From assembly GCA_965198225.1 (NCBI GenBank), contig CBDAOY010000004.1:224001-288000 (forward strand): DNA of 64,000 bases, written 5' to 3'. Of the stretch, positions 30,445-41,063 are shown in pieces. Numbering within the stretch: position 1 is the stretch's first letter; each line of letters begins with the position of its first letter. A program made the position numbers and the translations under genes. Below the pieces are notes generated by a model that did not search any database, had not been told where the DNA came from, and saw nothing but the letters and a program-made list of their open reading frames with translations. The stretch is from Terriglobia bacterium (GTDB taxonomy: Bacteria; Acidobacteriota; Terriglobia; 20CM-2-55-15).

Positions 30445-32010
30445 TCAGCGGGGACCGGCGGCCAGGACCGACTCGGTCACGCCGTCGGAAAAGTCTTCGA
30501 AGTTGCGCTTGAAGCGTCCAGCCAGCTCGTGGGCCTTCGAGTCGTAGGCCTCCTTGTCGTCCCAGGTATCGCGCGGGTTGAGCACCTCTTCGGGAACCCC
30601 GGGGCATGCCGTGGGAACCTGCAGGTTGAAGATCGGGTCCGTGTAGGTTTCGACATCGGCCAGCGTACCGTCCAGAATGGCCCTGATCATTGCCCTGGTG
30701 TGCGCGATCTTCATTCGCGTGCCGACACCGTAGGGGCCGCCCGTCCATCCCGTGTTCACGAGCCAGCAGTCCGCCCCGTGGCCTTCCAACTGTTGCTTCA
30801 GAAGGCCAGCATAGACGGTGGGGTGGAGCACCATGAACGGCGCACCGAAACAGGTGCTGAACGTGGCCTGGGGTTCCTTTCCCAATCCCGCTTCGGTTCC
30901 GGCCACCTTTGCGGTATAGCCGGATATGAAGTGGTACATCGCCTGGTCCGGCGTCAGGCGGGAGACCGGCGGCAGCACACCGAACGCGTCGGCAGTCAGC
31001 ATCACGACACTCTTGGGATGGTCCCCGAGACCGCTGGGCTCGACGTTCCGGATGTAGGAGATCGGGTAGGCTGCACGCGTGTTTTCGGTGATGGAGTCGT
31101 CGTCCAGGTCTACCCGCCGCGACTCTTCATCCACCGGGACATTCTCGATGATCGTGCCGAAGCGCCGTGTGGCTGCGTAGATGTCGGGCTCGGCCTCGGC
31201 CGAGAGCCGGATAACCTTGGCATAACACCCCCCTTCGAAGTTGAACACGCCGTTCGGGCCCCATCCGTGCTCGTCGTCTCCGATGAGGCGCCGCTCCGGA
31301 TCGGCTGAGAGGGTCGTTTTCCCCGTCCCCGACAACCCGAAGAAAATCGCTGATGAACCGTCTTCGCCGATGTTGGCCGAGGAGTGCATCGGGAAGATGC
31401 CCTTCTGGGGCAGCAGGTAGTTCATGATCGTGAACACCGACTTCTTGATCTCGCCCGCGTAGGCCGTCCCCCCGATCAGCACCATCTTGCTGGCGAAATT
31501 CAGCAGAACGAAGGCGTGGGAGTTCGTCCCATCGACCTCCGGAATGGCGTGGAAGTTCGGAAGGCTGACGACAGTGAACTCTGCGGGCTCGCCGGAGTTC
31601 CTGCGGATGAACATGTTGCGCGCGAACAGGCTGTGCCACGCTGTTTCGGTGATCACCTGGATCGGAAGCCGGTGGTCCGGATCGGCGCCCGCGTAGCATT
31701 CCTGGACGTAAATGTCGCGTCCCTGCAGGTAGGCTTCCAGACGCCGCAGAAGGGCGTCGAAGCGCTCGACCTCGATCGGTCGGTTCACCGATCCCCACCA
31801 CACCTTGTCGGCACAGGAAGGTTCCATCACGATGAACTTGTCTTTCGGGGATCTTCCCGTACGGGCGCCCGTGTGCGCGACTATCGGCCCGAGGTGGGCG
31901 ATAGTCGCCTCGCCGCGACGGATGATGTGTTCGTAAAGCGCTGCTGTCGACAGGTTGCGGAACGTGTTTCGAACTCGTTCTGAAATGATTGAATCGGTCA
32001 TCTGTTGCAA
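30445..32010 (-). CDS. pckA: Phosphoenolpyruvate carboxykinase (ATP)
   Basis: TGRSPKDK, FFGLSGTGKTTLS, LIGDDEHGW, FNFEGGCYAK, TENTRAAYP. Confidence 0.97.
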   Translation of the reverse strand: MQQMTDSIISERVRNTFRNLSTAALYEHIIRRGEATIAHLGPIVAHTGARTGRSPKDKFIVMEPSCADKVWWGSVNRPIEVERFDALLRRLEAYLQGRDIYVQECYAGADPDHRLPIQVITETAWHSLFARNMFIRRNSGEPAEFTVVSLPNFHAIPEVDGTNSHAFVLLNFASKMVLIGGTAYAGEIKKSVFTIMNYLLPQKGIFPMHSSANIGEDGSSAIFFGLSGTGKTTLSADPERRLIGDDEHGWGPNGVFNFEGGCYAKVIRLSAEAEPDIYAATRRFGTIIENVPVDEESRRVDLDDDSITENTRAAYPISYIRNVEPSGLGDHPKSVVMLTADAFGVLPPVSRLTPDQAMYHFISGYTAKVAGTEAGLGKEPQATFSTCFGAPFMVLHPTVYAGLLKQQLEGHGADCWLVNTGWTGGPYGVGTRMKIAHTRAMIRAILDGTLADVETYTDPIFNLQVPTACPGVPEEVLNPRDTWDDKEAYDSKAHELAGRFKRNFEDFSDGVTESVLAAGPR

Positions 32011-32187
32011 TATCCCCGGTCAGTCAATGGATGTGTGAAGGTATCTTCGCGAACGTCGAGCTGAGTCGTGGAAAACTGCTGTCGTCTGACATTCGGTTGC
32101 GACCAAACTGTCTAAAGTAAAACAACCTTTGTAACATAAGTGTCCAGCCCATTTCAGCACCGGATTGAGAACCAGCTGCGGGAAATC

Positions 32188-32321
32188 AAGTGACGAGTGG
32201 CAAGTGACGAGTCGGAAAGCTACCGTGCGATTATTTCCTAAGGCACCACGGGGACTGATCACACGACTGACCTTTGTTAATAGATGCTCCCGCCTCTTGC
32301 TCGTCACTTGTCACTCGTCAC
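32188..32321. repeat. Heptamer-type (GTGACRA) inverted repeat pair; identical 25-mer at 59736-59760
   Basis: AAGTGACGAGTGGCAAGTGACGAGT and CTCGTCACTTGTCACTCGTCAC. Confidence 0.8.
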
Positions 32322-32474
32322 CTCTTCTTCTCACTTTTCCATTCCCTCCTCGTCGAAGCGGGTAGTAGCTACAAGAAAAACCAGACCCGGGTCTGATCTT
32401 CTGACGAATCATCGCAGAAACTCTCGCCCCTGGGCGTTCCGTTCCGTGTGCGGAGGCCCGGGATGGAGGTGCTT

Positions 32475-33074
32475 ATGAGGGTCCGTATTCTTGGGGTCTG
32501 TCTCGTGATCGTACTCACCGTCGTCGCCTGCGGCAAGAACGTGGACACCGTAAATCCGGCGCTCGAACCGACTTCAGTTCTCTATCCATTCGAACCGATA
32601 CCGGTCGCCTCGTACGAAGGTATGGGGTTGGCCAAACACAAGGAACTACGGATCGCCCAGGAAATGGCGCGCAGCCAGGCGATGTCCGACCTCGGATCGA
32701 ACATCTTCGACACCGTGACATCGCGCGTCAACGAGGTCATCAGCAGTCGTGAACGCTCATCCGTGTTCACGGCGGTTCGAAACCTCACGACCAGCGTGCC
32801 GCTGGCCGGCAAGAAGTTCGTCGAGTACCGGATCGGCCAGAACACAGGAACCGTGTACTGCCGGATCTACATGGCCAAGAGCGAGGTCGACGGGTACCTG
32901 ATGGACCGGCTCGTCAAGCTGAGCCAGCATCTCATCGACAACCCGATCAAGGAGCAGCTGACGAAGCAACTCTCCGGGCAGGGAGCAGTGAGCGCCGGCA
33001 TCCAGACGCTCACGCTGTTCCATGAACAGCAGTTGACCCGGGCCCGGGCGGAGAACGCGAAGAACAGGAATTGA
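32475..33074 (+). CDS. Lipoprotein, LPP20-like
   Basis: GGAGG RBS, VVAC lipobox, AQEMARSQAMSDL motif. Confidence 0.7.
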   Translation: MRVRILGVCLVIVLTVVACGKNVDTVNPALEPTSVLYPFEPIPVASYEGMGLAKHKELRIAQEMARSQAMSDLGSNIFDTVTSRVNEVISSRERSSVFTAVRNLTTSVPLAGKKFVEYRIGQNTGTVYCRIYMAKSEVDGYLMDRLVKLSQHLIDNPIKEQLTKQLSGQGAVSAGIQTLTLFHEQQLTRARAENAKNRN

Positions 33075-33098
33075 CCCGTCCCCGGGAAGGAGGCCGGC

Positions 33099-34415
33099 AT
33101 GAAATCGAGGTTTCTCCTGATGGCCAGCACCCTGTTGGTGGTTTCGTGTGCCGGAATTCGCCCCGTCCAACTCCAGCCGCCCACCGCGGTCCCTCCGGGC
33201 CTGCGGTGGGGTTACGGCGTGGAGAAGATTCGTGGCAAACCGGACCTCGCCCGCCGAAAGGCGTATTTGAGTGCCGTCGACGACCTCATCACTCGTAGTG
33301 GCCCTCTGATCGTGTCGAAGGTGGTTCACGACCGAACGTCAGTCGTCGACGACCAATCGGCGCGCCGGAATATGGAATCGACGTTCCGGCTGCGGGCTTC
33401 GAGCATCATCGAGCCCAGTTATCAGGACGGCGGAACCGAGGACGGCTTCTCCTGGGCGTTGGTCGCCACCACCGAAGCCGACATCGAACGGGGATGGCAG
33501 GATTTCCTTTCGTGGCGTCAGACGCGGATCGATGAAGCGGTCGAGCTATTCGAAGCGGCGGCCGGACCGACACGCCTGGGCTTCCTCGAGGCCTCTCTAC
33601 GGATCCTGGATGAGGTCGGCGCGCAGGATGACGCCGGGCTGATCTACTATCGTGTCAAGACCGCCCTGGATTCCGAACTTGCGCGGATCGCCGAGTTGGA
33701 ATCGCTCCGAAGACAGGTGCGGGAGTTGCTCGCGTCCGGCCAACTCGTGGGCGCTGATAAGACCCTGGATCGCGGCCTCCACTCCGGGCTGCCATCGGCC
33801 GACTACGAATCCCTGAAGTACCAGATCGCCAACCAGCGTGTCCGCGCCCTGTCGATCGCCCAGGCGGGAGACGCCCTATACGGCGAGGGGAAGTACAAGG
33901 AAGCCCTCGACCGTTACGGGGAGGCTCGACGCCTGGATATCGATCACCCGGGGATCGCCGGCAAGATCGCCAAGGCCGAAGCGTCCCACCGAACAGCCCG
34001 GTCCGAATCCCAACGCCGTTGGCTCGGCATCATCGGCTTCACGGCAACGCGTGCTATCGGAGAGTACTTCGAGCACAAGCAAAATGACGAATCAGAGGAG
34101 ACCGATGACGAAGAGGAGAAGGACTCGGAGCAACTGAAGAAGCCCGAGCAGGACGAGCGCGACGACGGAATTCCGGTGTGGATGAAGCGCACAGGAGTCC
34201 GCGTAGATGATGAGAGCTCCGAGCGGGCGGACGACGCCTCGGATGAGGAATCGAGGGACGACTCTGAATCCCAGGACGAAGACTCGGGAGACGACAACCC
34301 GGACAACGTCGGCACAGACGAGGAGGATACGACCGAAGAGGACAGGCCACCTACGGTCGAACCCGTTCTCCGGCGGATTCCCGCCAAGAGGGTCAAGAAA
34401 CCCGGGCCACATTGA
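33099..34415 (+). CDS. Lipoprotein with LPP20-like, TPR and acidic low-complexity regions
   Basis: VVSC lipobox, ARRKAYLSA, GDALYGEGKYKEALDRY TPR, D/E-rich tail. Confidence 0.75.
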   Translation: MKSRFLLMASTLLVVSCAGIRPVQLQPPTAVPPGLRWGYGVEKIRGKPDLARRKAYLSAVDDLITRSGPLIVSKVVHDRTSVVDDQSARRNMESTFRLRASSIIEPSYQDGGTEDGFSWALVATTEADIERGWQDFLSWRQTRIDEAVELFEAAAGPTRLGFLEASLRILDEVGAQDDAGLIYYRVKTALDSELARIAELESLRRQVRELLASGQLVGADKTLDRGLHSGLPSADYESLKYQIANQRVRALSIAQAGDALYGEGKYKEALDRYGEARRLDIDHPGIAGKIAKAEASHRTARSESQRRWLGIIGFTATRAIGEYFEHKQNDESEETDDEEEKDSEQLKKPEQDERDDGIPVWMKRTGVRVDDESSERADDASDEESRDDSESQDEDSGDDNPDNVGTDEEDTTEEDRPPTVEPVLRRIPAKRVKKPGPH

Positions 34416-34535
34416 TCCACAATCCAGAACTGGATCGCGACCACCGACGGCCACCGAGTGGCCCTCATCCGACGACATCGGTGAGCCGGTCCCCAGCCGA
34501 ATAGAGCTTCCGCGGCGGGTGGTATACTCAGCCGC

Positions 34536-35105
34536 ATGAATGACGACCGTCATCGACTACTGGCGGTGCTTCGCGAGCAATCCCTTAAAATCGGCGACTT
34601 TACACTGACATCCGGCAAGAAGGCTTCCTACTACCTCGACTGCCGGACGACGACTCTGCACCCGCTCGGGGCACTGCTGACGGCCCGACTGATGCTCGAG
34701 ATTGTCCGGAAGCAAGGAATCGCAGCTGACGCGATCGGCGGTTTGACACTCGGTGCAGATCCGATCGTGGCCGCCGTGGCAGTAGTGAGCGAAATCGAGA
34801 AGGCGCCTCTTCCGGCGTTCATCGTGCGCAAGGAGAGCAAGGGTCACGGTGCAAGGCGGTTGATCGAAGGATGGCAAGGGGAGTCCGGGTCCCGCGTGAT
34901 TATTGTAGACGACGTGTGTACGACCGGCGGGTCCATCATCGAGGCGTGCGAAAAGGTCGAAGCCGCCGGCTACGAGGTCGCGGCCACGCTGTGCGTCGTC
35001 GACCGCGACGAAGGCGGCGCGGAGGCGATCCGGGCCAGCTACGAATTCCATCCGATATTCACCGCAAGGGATCTACTGGGTAACGGAGCCGGAGGGGGCG
35101 AATGA
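34536..35105 (+). CDS. pyrE: Orotate phosphoribosyltransferase
   Basis: GDFTLTSG...YYLD, VRKESKGHG, IVDDVCTTGGS. Confidence 0.96.
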   Translation: MNDDRHRLLAVLREQSLKIGDFTLTSGKKASYYLDCRTTTLHPLGALLTARLMLEIVRKQGIAADAIGGLTLGADPIVAAVAVVSEIEKAPLPAFIVRKESKGHGARRLIEGWQGESGSRVIIVDDVCTTGGSIIEACEKVEAAGYEVAATLCVVDRDEGGAEAIRASYEFHPIFTARDLLGNGAGGGE

Positions 35106-35760
35106 CTTCCCGACGTATGACACTACTGCTTGCGGGGATCGTCGCCTTCGCCGCTCTGGTGATCTCGGCCTCCGTTCGTACTTCGGAAGGGTTCTTCCGG
35201 GCGAATCCAGGGTTGCGGGAGAGAGTTGAAGAGATTCCCTACTTTATCGGAGACGGTGCGAATGTCCCGGGTTTCGAAACTGCGGACCGAGGGCTGGCCC
35301 GTGCGGCCTTTGCCGCCTGGTCGCGCGAGAGCGAGGGTCGCCTGCGATTCATCGAAGCGGAATCCGAAGACGAAGCGCAGATCCGGCTGGTTTGGATCGC
35401 TGCCGATCAGGGACTGTTTGGGGAGATGCGTCGGTTTCAAGCGGGGGACAAGGTCGGAGCGTACGTGCACGTCATGCCGGATGTCACACAGTTGGGCCCC
35501 GAGCTGGCACGGCGTTCGAGGGAGGACCGCCTCCTGCGCGACACGATCGTCTACCTGACCTGTGTCCACGAACTGGGGCACGCGGTCGGATTGGACCACA
35601 CCCGCAACTTCGCCGACATCATGTACTCGTTCGGATTCGCGGAAATCTCGTGGAGTACTTCCTTCGCTACCGCCGGCTTTTGAACAGCCCCGACGACATC
35701 CGCAAGCATTCCGGACTGTCTCCCAGCGACGTCCAGGTGCTCCGGAACCTCTATCAGTAA
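35102..35760 (+). CDS. Matrixin-family metalloprotease, apparent frameshift near 35640
   Basis: HELGHAVGLDH...IMY; C-terminus GNLVEYF...LSPSDVQVLRNLY continues in another frame to 35760. Confidence 0.8.
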
Positions 35761-35800
35761 CCGCGTTCCCCGCACTCACAGGCTGCTGGCCCCAAGAATC

Positions 35801-35925
35801 CTAACCACGGAGGCACGGAGGCGCCGAGCAGGACGTATTCTCTGGTGATCCGCTGACCTCGTGTATTGAAAAGGCGGCTGGTTCTGGCCGCAGAGGTCTC
35901 CGTGCCTCTGTGCCTCCGTGGTTAG
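35801..35925. repeat. Inverted-repeat element between convergent genes
   Basis: CTAACCACGGAGGCAC ... GTGCCTCCGTGGTTAG, 16-bp perfect arms. Confidence 0.75.
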
Positions 35926-35944
35926 TCTTTTCTTCGGCAGCCGG

Positions 35945-36685
35945 CTAGTTCCGCTTCTTGAGTTTCTCGACCAAGTCAGCCTGAGACCGAACTCCGAGTT
36001 TGATGAAGATCGACTTGAGGTGGTTCCGGACAGTATTCGGCGCCAGCTTCAGGGTGTTGGCGATCGTGCGGACCCGGTCCCCCGTGACGATGGCTCGGAG
36101 AACCTCCGTTTCCCTCCTGGTCAGCGACTTGAAGCCTGCCAGTTCACTGGGATTGAGTCGATCGACCTGAAAGCTCCGGTCCATGCCGATCAAGGCGAGT
36201 TCGGATGCGATACGGTGCAGGGCGCTTTCCATCCGCGCGACCCGCGTACGCATCTGATCCGTCTCATCTGCCCGGGCTCCGTTTCCCGACGAAACGGGCG
36301 GTTTCCGTTCGGTGATGTCTTCGATGATTCCTTCGGTATAGCGCAGTTTGTCCTGCGCATCGAAGGTCGCCCGCCCTCGAATCGACACCAGGATGGTCGT
36401 CCCGTCCTGCCGCCGCAAGGCACTTTCGAAAACCGGCAGCGGACCGTCTCGCTCCACCGCCGCGATCCTGTCCAGCCTCTCCTGAGGATTCACGTAAAGG
36501 TCGGCTCCGATGTCCTGGACACGAGACATCAAATCATCCGGATCCTGATACCCGAGCATCTCGGCTAGCGCCTGATTGACGGCCAGGAGGCGGCCGTCCG
36601 GTGTCGACCGATAGAAACCGACCACCGCGTTCTCGAAGAAGTCCCGGTAGATATCCTCTGTTGCTGTCACCTCTCCTCCAATCAT
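35945..36685 (-). CDS. PAS-LuxR transcriptional regulator
   Basis: YRDFFENAVVGFY...VNQALAEMLGY PAS; LTRRETEVL...TVRNHLKSIFIKLGV HTH. Confidence 0.93.
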   Translation of the reverse strand: MIGGEVTATEDIYRDFFENAVVGFYRSTPDGRLLAVNQALAEMLGYQDPDDLMSRVQDIGADLYVNPQERLDRIAAVERDGPLPVFESALRRQDGTTILVSIRGRATFDAQDKLRYTEGIIEDITERKPPVSSGNGARADETDQMRTRVARMESALHRIASELALIGMDRSFQVDRLNPSELAGFKSLTRRETEVLRAIVTGDRVRTIANTLKLAPNTVRNHLKSIFIKLGVRSQADLVEKLKKRN

Positions 36686-36826
36686 GAGCAGAATTACACC
36701 ATGATTGAAACTGGCCGGTCATCGGAGCCTGGTCCCATTCGGACTGGCAAACTTCGGCCTTTCCAATGGCAGAATTTAGCCAGTCCGGACAACGAAATGG
36801 GCTGAGTCTATGAGATCGATAGGCTT

Positions 36827-37756
36827 TCAGAGGATTTTCTCGAGATCGAGATTGCCTCCCGAAATAATTGCGACCATTGACCCAGTCCCGGCGATCTTGC
36901 CCGCGCGGAACGCTGCCACCGTTACGGCAGCGGCACCCTCGGCCAGGACCTTTTCCTGGAAGAGCAGGACACGGATCGCCTCGCGGATTTCGTCTTCGGT
37001 GACCGTCACCACATCGTCGAGATAGTTTTGGATGAGGTCGAAGGTCATCGAGCCGGCCTCGACGTTGCCTTGAATGCCGTCGGCCAGCGTCGGCTGATCC
37101 GGAATCGTGACCAGCTTTCCTTTCTTGAGAGAATGGTAGATCGCCGCCGACGCGTCGGCCTGTACCCCGACGATCCGGACCGAAGGGCGCAGTTGCTTCA
37201 TCGCCGCCCCGACACCGGCGGCGAGGCCGCCGCCTCCGATCGGGACGATGATGTGGGTGAGGTCAGGCTGTTGCTCGATCAACTCCAGAGCCAGAGTCCC
37301 CTGGCCAAGGATGACGTCGCGGTCGTTGTAGGGTGAGACGAAAACCCAACGGTTCTCCTCTTCCGCCAGGCTCAGGGTGTACGCTTCTGCTTCATCATAG
37401 GTGGAACCTTCGATGACGAGATCGATCCCGTAGGAGCGGATGGCGTCGACCTTCGCTTTTGGGGCAGCCTCGGGGACGACGACCGTGCATGACTGACCGA
37501 GGACCGATGCGGCGCGTGCCACGGCCTGGCCGTGGTTGCCGGCCGACACCGTCAGAACCGCCCGTTGATCCCCGGCCCGCCGAAGCTCCAGCATCCGGCT
37601 GAAAGCGCCGCGAACCTTGAACGAGTGCGTGTACTGAAGATTCTCGAGCTTCAGGTGCAGACCCGGCCACTCGGTCTCCACCACCGGCGTCCTGCGGATG
37701 TAAGCTTGTATCCGGGCCCGCGTCCTGCGGAAATCACTGAGTCTCATCTCCGTCAT
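36827..37756 (-). CDS. Threonine/serine dehydratase (PLP)
   Basis: LKLENLQ...SFKVRGA, SAGNHGQA, PIGGGGL, SGGN. Confidence 0.93.
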   Translation of the reverse strand: MTEMRLSDFRRTRARIQAYIRRTPVVETEWPGLHLKLENLQYTHSFKVRGAFSRMLELRRAGDQRAVLTVSAGNHGQAVARAASVLGQSCTVVVPEAAPKAKVDAIRSYGIDLVIEGSTYDEAEAYTLSLAEEENRWVFVSPYNDRDVILGQGTLALELIEQQPDLTHIIVPIGGGGLAAGVGAAMKQLRPSVRIVGVQADASAAIYHSLKKGKLVTIPDQPTLADGIQGNVEAGSMTFDLIQNYLDDVVTVTEDEIREAIRVLLFQEKVLAEGAAAVTVAAFRAGKIAGTGSMVAIISGGNLDLEKIL

Positions 37757-37886
37757 GGCCACTGAGTCTACCGCATCAAACACCTGCCGACGTTTCTGCC
37801 TAACCGACCCCCGGGGACAGGGCCATGCCCCTGTCCCCCTCACACGGTTCATATCGCGACACGTAAACGAGGTCGGTCTCCGGATT

Positions 37887-38046
37887 GCAAATTGCGGTAT
37901 TTAAAGAATCCACATTGCAGGTTGCCCATTTGGAAATTGCTTCATCTCAGATTTTTTTCAACCCCGAAGCTCCGAACGATAACGAAATCGAGCAATCTCG
38001 AATTTCCAACTTCCGATGCGGATTTGTCCATTAACCAATTTGCGAT
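37887..38046. repeat. AT-rich dispersed repeat, two ~45-bp modules also at 54042-54159
   Basis: GCAAATTGCGGTATTTAAAGAATCCACATTGCAGGTTGC and TCCAACTTCCGATGCGGATTTGTCCATTAAC. Confidence 0.8.
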
Positions 38047-38117
38047 AGCTCGGGTGTCCGTTAGGTGGGAGTGTTGGGGAACGACGGTCCTCAGGCCATT
38101 GTGCTAGAGTGCCCCGC

Positions 38118-39371
38118 ATGTCGCTGGCTGCCCTTTCGATCCTCGCGTTCGCAATCTGTATCGTCCTGAGCTGCGTGACGGCGATCAACGTGGGGATGGT
38201 TTCGATCGCCTTCGCGTTCATCGTCGGCGTCTTCTTCGGTGGCATGAGCGTGCGCGAGGTCGCGGCCGGCTTTCCTTCGAATCTGTTTCTGATCCTGGTC
38301 GGCGTGACGCTGCTCTTCAGCATGGCCGCCGTCAACGGGACGCTGGAGAAGCTGGCGCGTCGAAGCGTACATCTCGCGCGTGGGCGTGTGGGTGTCATCC
38401 CGGTGGTGTTCTTCGGGCTCTCCGCGTTCCTGGCCGCGATCGGGGCAGGAAACATCGCCGCCACCGCGCTGCTGGCCCCGATGGCCATGGCCGTCGCACA
38501 GCGGGTAGGGGTGAGCGCCTTCCTGATGACGATTGTCGTCGCCACGGGCGCCAACGCCGGCGGGCTGTCGCCGATCGCCCCGACCGGGGTCGTCGCGAAC
38601 GCGCTGCTGGCGCGTATGGACATCGTCGGCCAGGAGTTCAGCACGTTTGCGAACAACTTCACAGCCCAGGCGTTCGTCGGGCTTTCCGGATACCTCGTGT
38701 TCGGCGGCTATCGACTCCTGCGCTCAGGAGCGTCTGTGGGTGCAGGCGCGTCCGAATCCGCAGAGGACGATAGTCTGACCCTCCATCAGAAACTCACCGT
38801 TGCGGCCATAGCCGTACTCGTGGTGTCGGTCGTGTTCTTTGGCACCAACGTTGGAATGGGTGCCTTCATCGCCGCGGCGTTCCTGACACTCCTCCGGTCC
38901 GCGGACGAAGGCGCCGCGATCAAGGCCATGCCCTGGCACGCGATCATGATGGTCAGCGGGGTCACCGTCTTGATCGCCATCCTGCAGCAGACGGGAGGGA
39001 TGGACCTGTTCACGGCGGCGATCGCCCGCTTCTCGAATGCCACGACAGTGACCGGGACGATCGCGTTCATCACGGGCCTGATTTCGGCCTACAGTAGCTC
39101 GTCCGGCGTGGTCCTGCCCGCGTTCCTGCCCACGATCCCGACGCTGATCGAACAACTCGGCGGCGGGGATCCCATCGCCATCGCCGCATCGATCAACGTC
39201 GGGGCGCACATGGTCGACGTCTCTCCGCTTTCGACCCTCGGCGCCATCTGCATCGCCAGCGCTCCGGCGACGGAGAACCGCACGAGGCTGTTCAACAAAC
39301 TGCTGGCGTGGGGTTTGTCGATGAGTGTAGTTGGCGCACTCGTCTGTTATGTCTTCTTTGGACTTCTATGA
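38118..39371 (+). CDS. SLC13/citrate-dicarboxylate-type permease
   Basis: Many TM helices; GGLSPIAPTG and VDVSPLSTLGA hairpins. Confidence 0.88.
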   Translation: MSLAALSILAFAICIVLSCVTAINVGMVSIAFAFIVGVFFGGMSVREVAAGFPSNLFLILVGVTLLFSMAAVNGTLEKLARRSVHLARGRVGVIPVVFFGLSAFLAAIGAGNIAATALLAPMAMAVAQRVGVSAFLMTIVVATGANAGGLSPIAPTGVVANALLARMDIVGQEFSTFANNFTAQAFVGLSGYLVFGGYRLLRSGASVGAGASESAEDDSLTLHQKLTVAAIAVLVVSVVFFGTNVGMGAFIAAAFLTLLRSADEGAAIKAMPWHAIMMVSGVTVLIAILQQTGGMDLFTAAIARFSNATTVTGTIAFITGLISAYSSSSGVVLPAFLPTIPTLIEQLGGGDPIAIAASINVGAHMVDVSPLSTLGAICIASAPATENRTRLFNKLLAWGLSMSVVGALVCYVFFGLL

Positions 39372-39429
39372 GGAGGAAAGAACCACCGGGTACGACAGGT
39401 TATAGGGACAGCCAACATAACTGCTCGAA

Positions 39430-39933
39430 ATGAGGAGGCCGACCGTGACGCGGATCAAACTGGCACATATCGTATGGGGGGGGCTGCTCGCAGGTGTGGT
39501 CATCAACACCTCTGAGTTCGTCGTGAACTTCTTCGTTCTTGGCGACGAGTGGATCAACAGCCCCGCGGAATCCACCGAAGTCGAGGATTCTTCGGAATCA
39601 GATAGTCAAACTGTGATGACAGGTGGACAGATCGCGGCGCTGAACCTCTGGGGCTTCCTCGTCGGTCTTACCGCCCTATGGCTCTATGCCTCCATCAGGC
39701 CGCGTTATGGTCCAGGACCGAAGACCGCGATGTTCGCCGGAACTGCGGTGTGGGCACTGGCTTCTCTCTTGCCCGCGGTGAGACCCACCATCGGGGAGGG
39801 CTTTTCGACCGATGCTATCGTCATCAGCGTTGTCATGGGTCTGGCCGCGATCAATCTCGGCACGATGCTCGGAGCCTGGCAGTATCGGGAGGACGAAGCC
39901 GGAGTCACGGACGGTGGCGCCTCCGAGAGCTGA
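39430..39933 (+). CDS. Hypothetical membrane protein
   Basis: GGLLAGVVIN, WLYASIRPRYGPGPKTA, four hydrophobic segments. Confidence 0.8.
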   Translation: MRRPTVTRIKLAHIVWGGLLAGVVINTSEFVVNFFVLGDEWINSPAESTEVEDSSESDSQTVMTGGQIAALNLWGFLVGLTALWLYASIRPRYGPGPKTAMFAGTAVWALASLLPAVRPTIGEGFSTDAIVISVVMGLAAINLGTMLGAWQYREDEAGVTDGGASES

Positions 39934-39942
39934 GGGTTCACG

Positions 39943-40542
39943 ATGGATCGACTCCAATTCCGCATTGCGGGCCTGACCCGCCGTCGGGCGAGGCGCTTCC
40001 AACAGCTCACGCGGCCGGCTGCGATCCAGCCTGTCCCCCTGGCGACAATCGGACTGGGGGCCAAGGGCCTCATTCTTGCGCCGTTGATCGTCGTGGCTGC
40101 TTCGGGGCTGTTTGAACCGACCCCCGTCCTTGTCGCACCCGGCATGCCGATTCGGGCGCGGGAAGTCATTGTGCTGCGCGACACAAGCGGTTCCATGGAC
40201 GACTTCGTTCCACAAACACAAACGGCGTTGAACAGGCTTCGCGCGACCGGGCGGTGGGATGGGACTTGGGTTGAGATCTTCGGTTCTGCAGACGGGATTC
40301 TGGAAAAGATCACTAGCGAATTGGCCGATCAGCCCGGCGCTGATGCCGTCTGGATCGTATCCGACTTCCACGACGGGACTGACCTAGTCAACGGTGAGGA
40401 CACCAGACGCTACGACCAACTGCTCCGCCTGCTTCTCGACAGAAGGGTCCGGCTCTACCTCAGTACGGTGAGCCGCGAACCTCCCCCCGATCAGATTCAG
40501 GCGGCCCTGCGATCACACGGAAGCTGGCGCAAGTTCGAGTAG
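39943..40542 (+). CDS. Hypothetical protein with vWA-like domain
   Basis: VLRDTSGSM (DxSxS) and WIVSD motifs. Confidence 0.6.
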   Translation: MDRLQFRIAGLTRRRARRFQQLTRPAAIQPVPLATIGLGAKGLILAPLIVVAASGLFEPTPVLVAPGMPIRAREVIVLRDTSGSMDDFVPQTQTALNRLRATGRWDGTWVEIFGSADGILEKITSELADQPGADAVWIVSDFHDGTDLVNGEDTRRYDQLLRLLLDRRVRLYLSTVSREPPPDQIQAALRSHGSWRKFE

Positions 40543-40586
40543 CCCTCGCCGTGAACTGACATCGTGACTCTAAGGAGGTGTAACCC

Positions 40587-41050
40587 ATGGACTTCGACCC
40601 CATACGCGCCATTGCCATGATCCTGATCGGGTCGTTCGCGATCGACCGCGTCGTTACCGGGCTTTTCTTCCTGCTCTCCTACGATCCCGACCTGCGCAAG
40701 TCGTTGGATCCGTCGTCGGTCACGGATCCCCGGGAGCAGGCCGAGGCGATGAGGAACTACAAGTTGCTCTACGCCATTCTCGGAGGGTATCTGGGCACCG
40801 TCGTCATTGCCGGCTACATGAACATCCGGCTCTTTGCCTCGACGGTGGTACCCGGTAGCGAGTTCATCGGAGACTATCCCCTGCTCGACATCTTCCTGAC
40901 CGGCCTGGTTCTGCTCGGCGGAGCCGATCGCCTGGCGGAGGCCCTGAAGATGCTCGGTGGTTCGGGGGTTCCCGCTAGCAGGATACTCCGCTCGAGATCA
41001 GCGGAAAGCTGGTCGTGGAGCAGTCGACGACGCGAAGCGACAACGCCTAG
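40587..41050 (+). CDS. Hypothetical membrane protein, probable frameshift near 40977
   Basis: AAGGAGG RBS, three TM segments; alternative frame QDTPLEISGKLVVEQ ends TAG 41050, avoiding overlap with the opposite gene. Confidence 0.65.
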
Positions 41051-41063
41051 TCGAGACAGTTTT

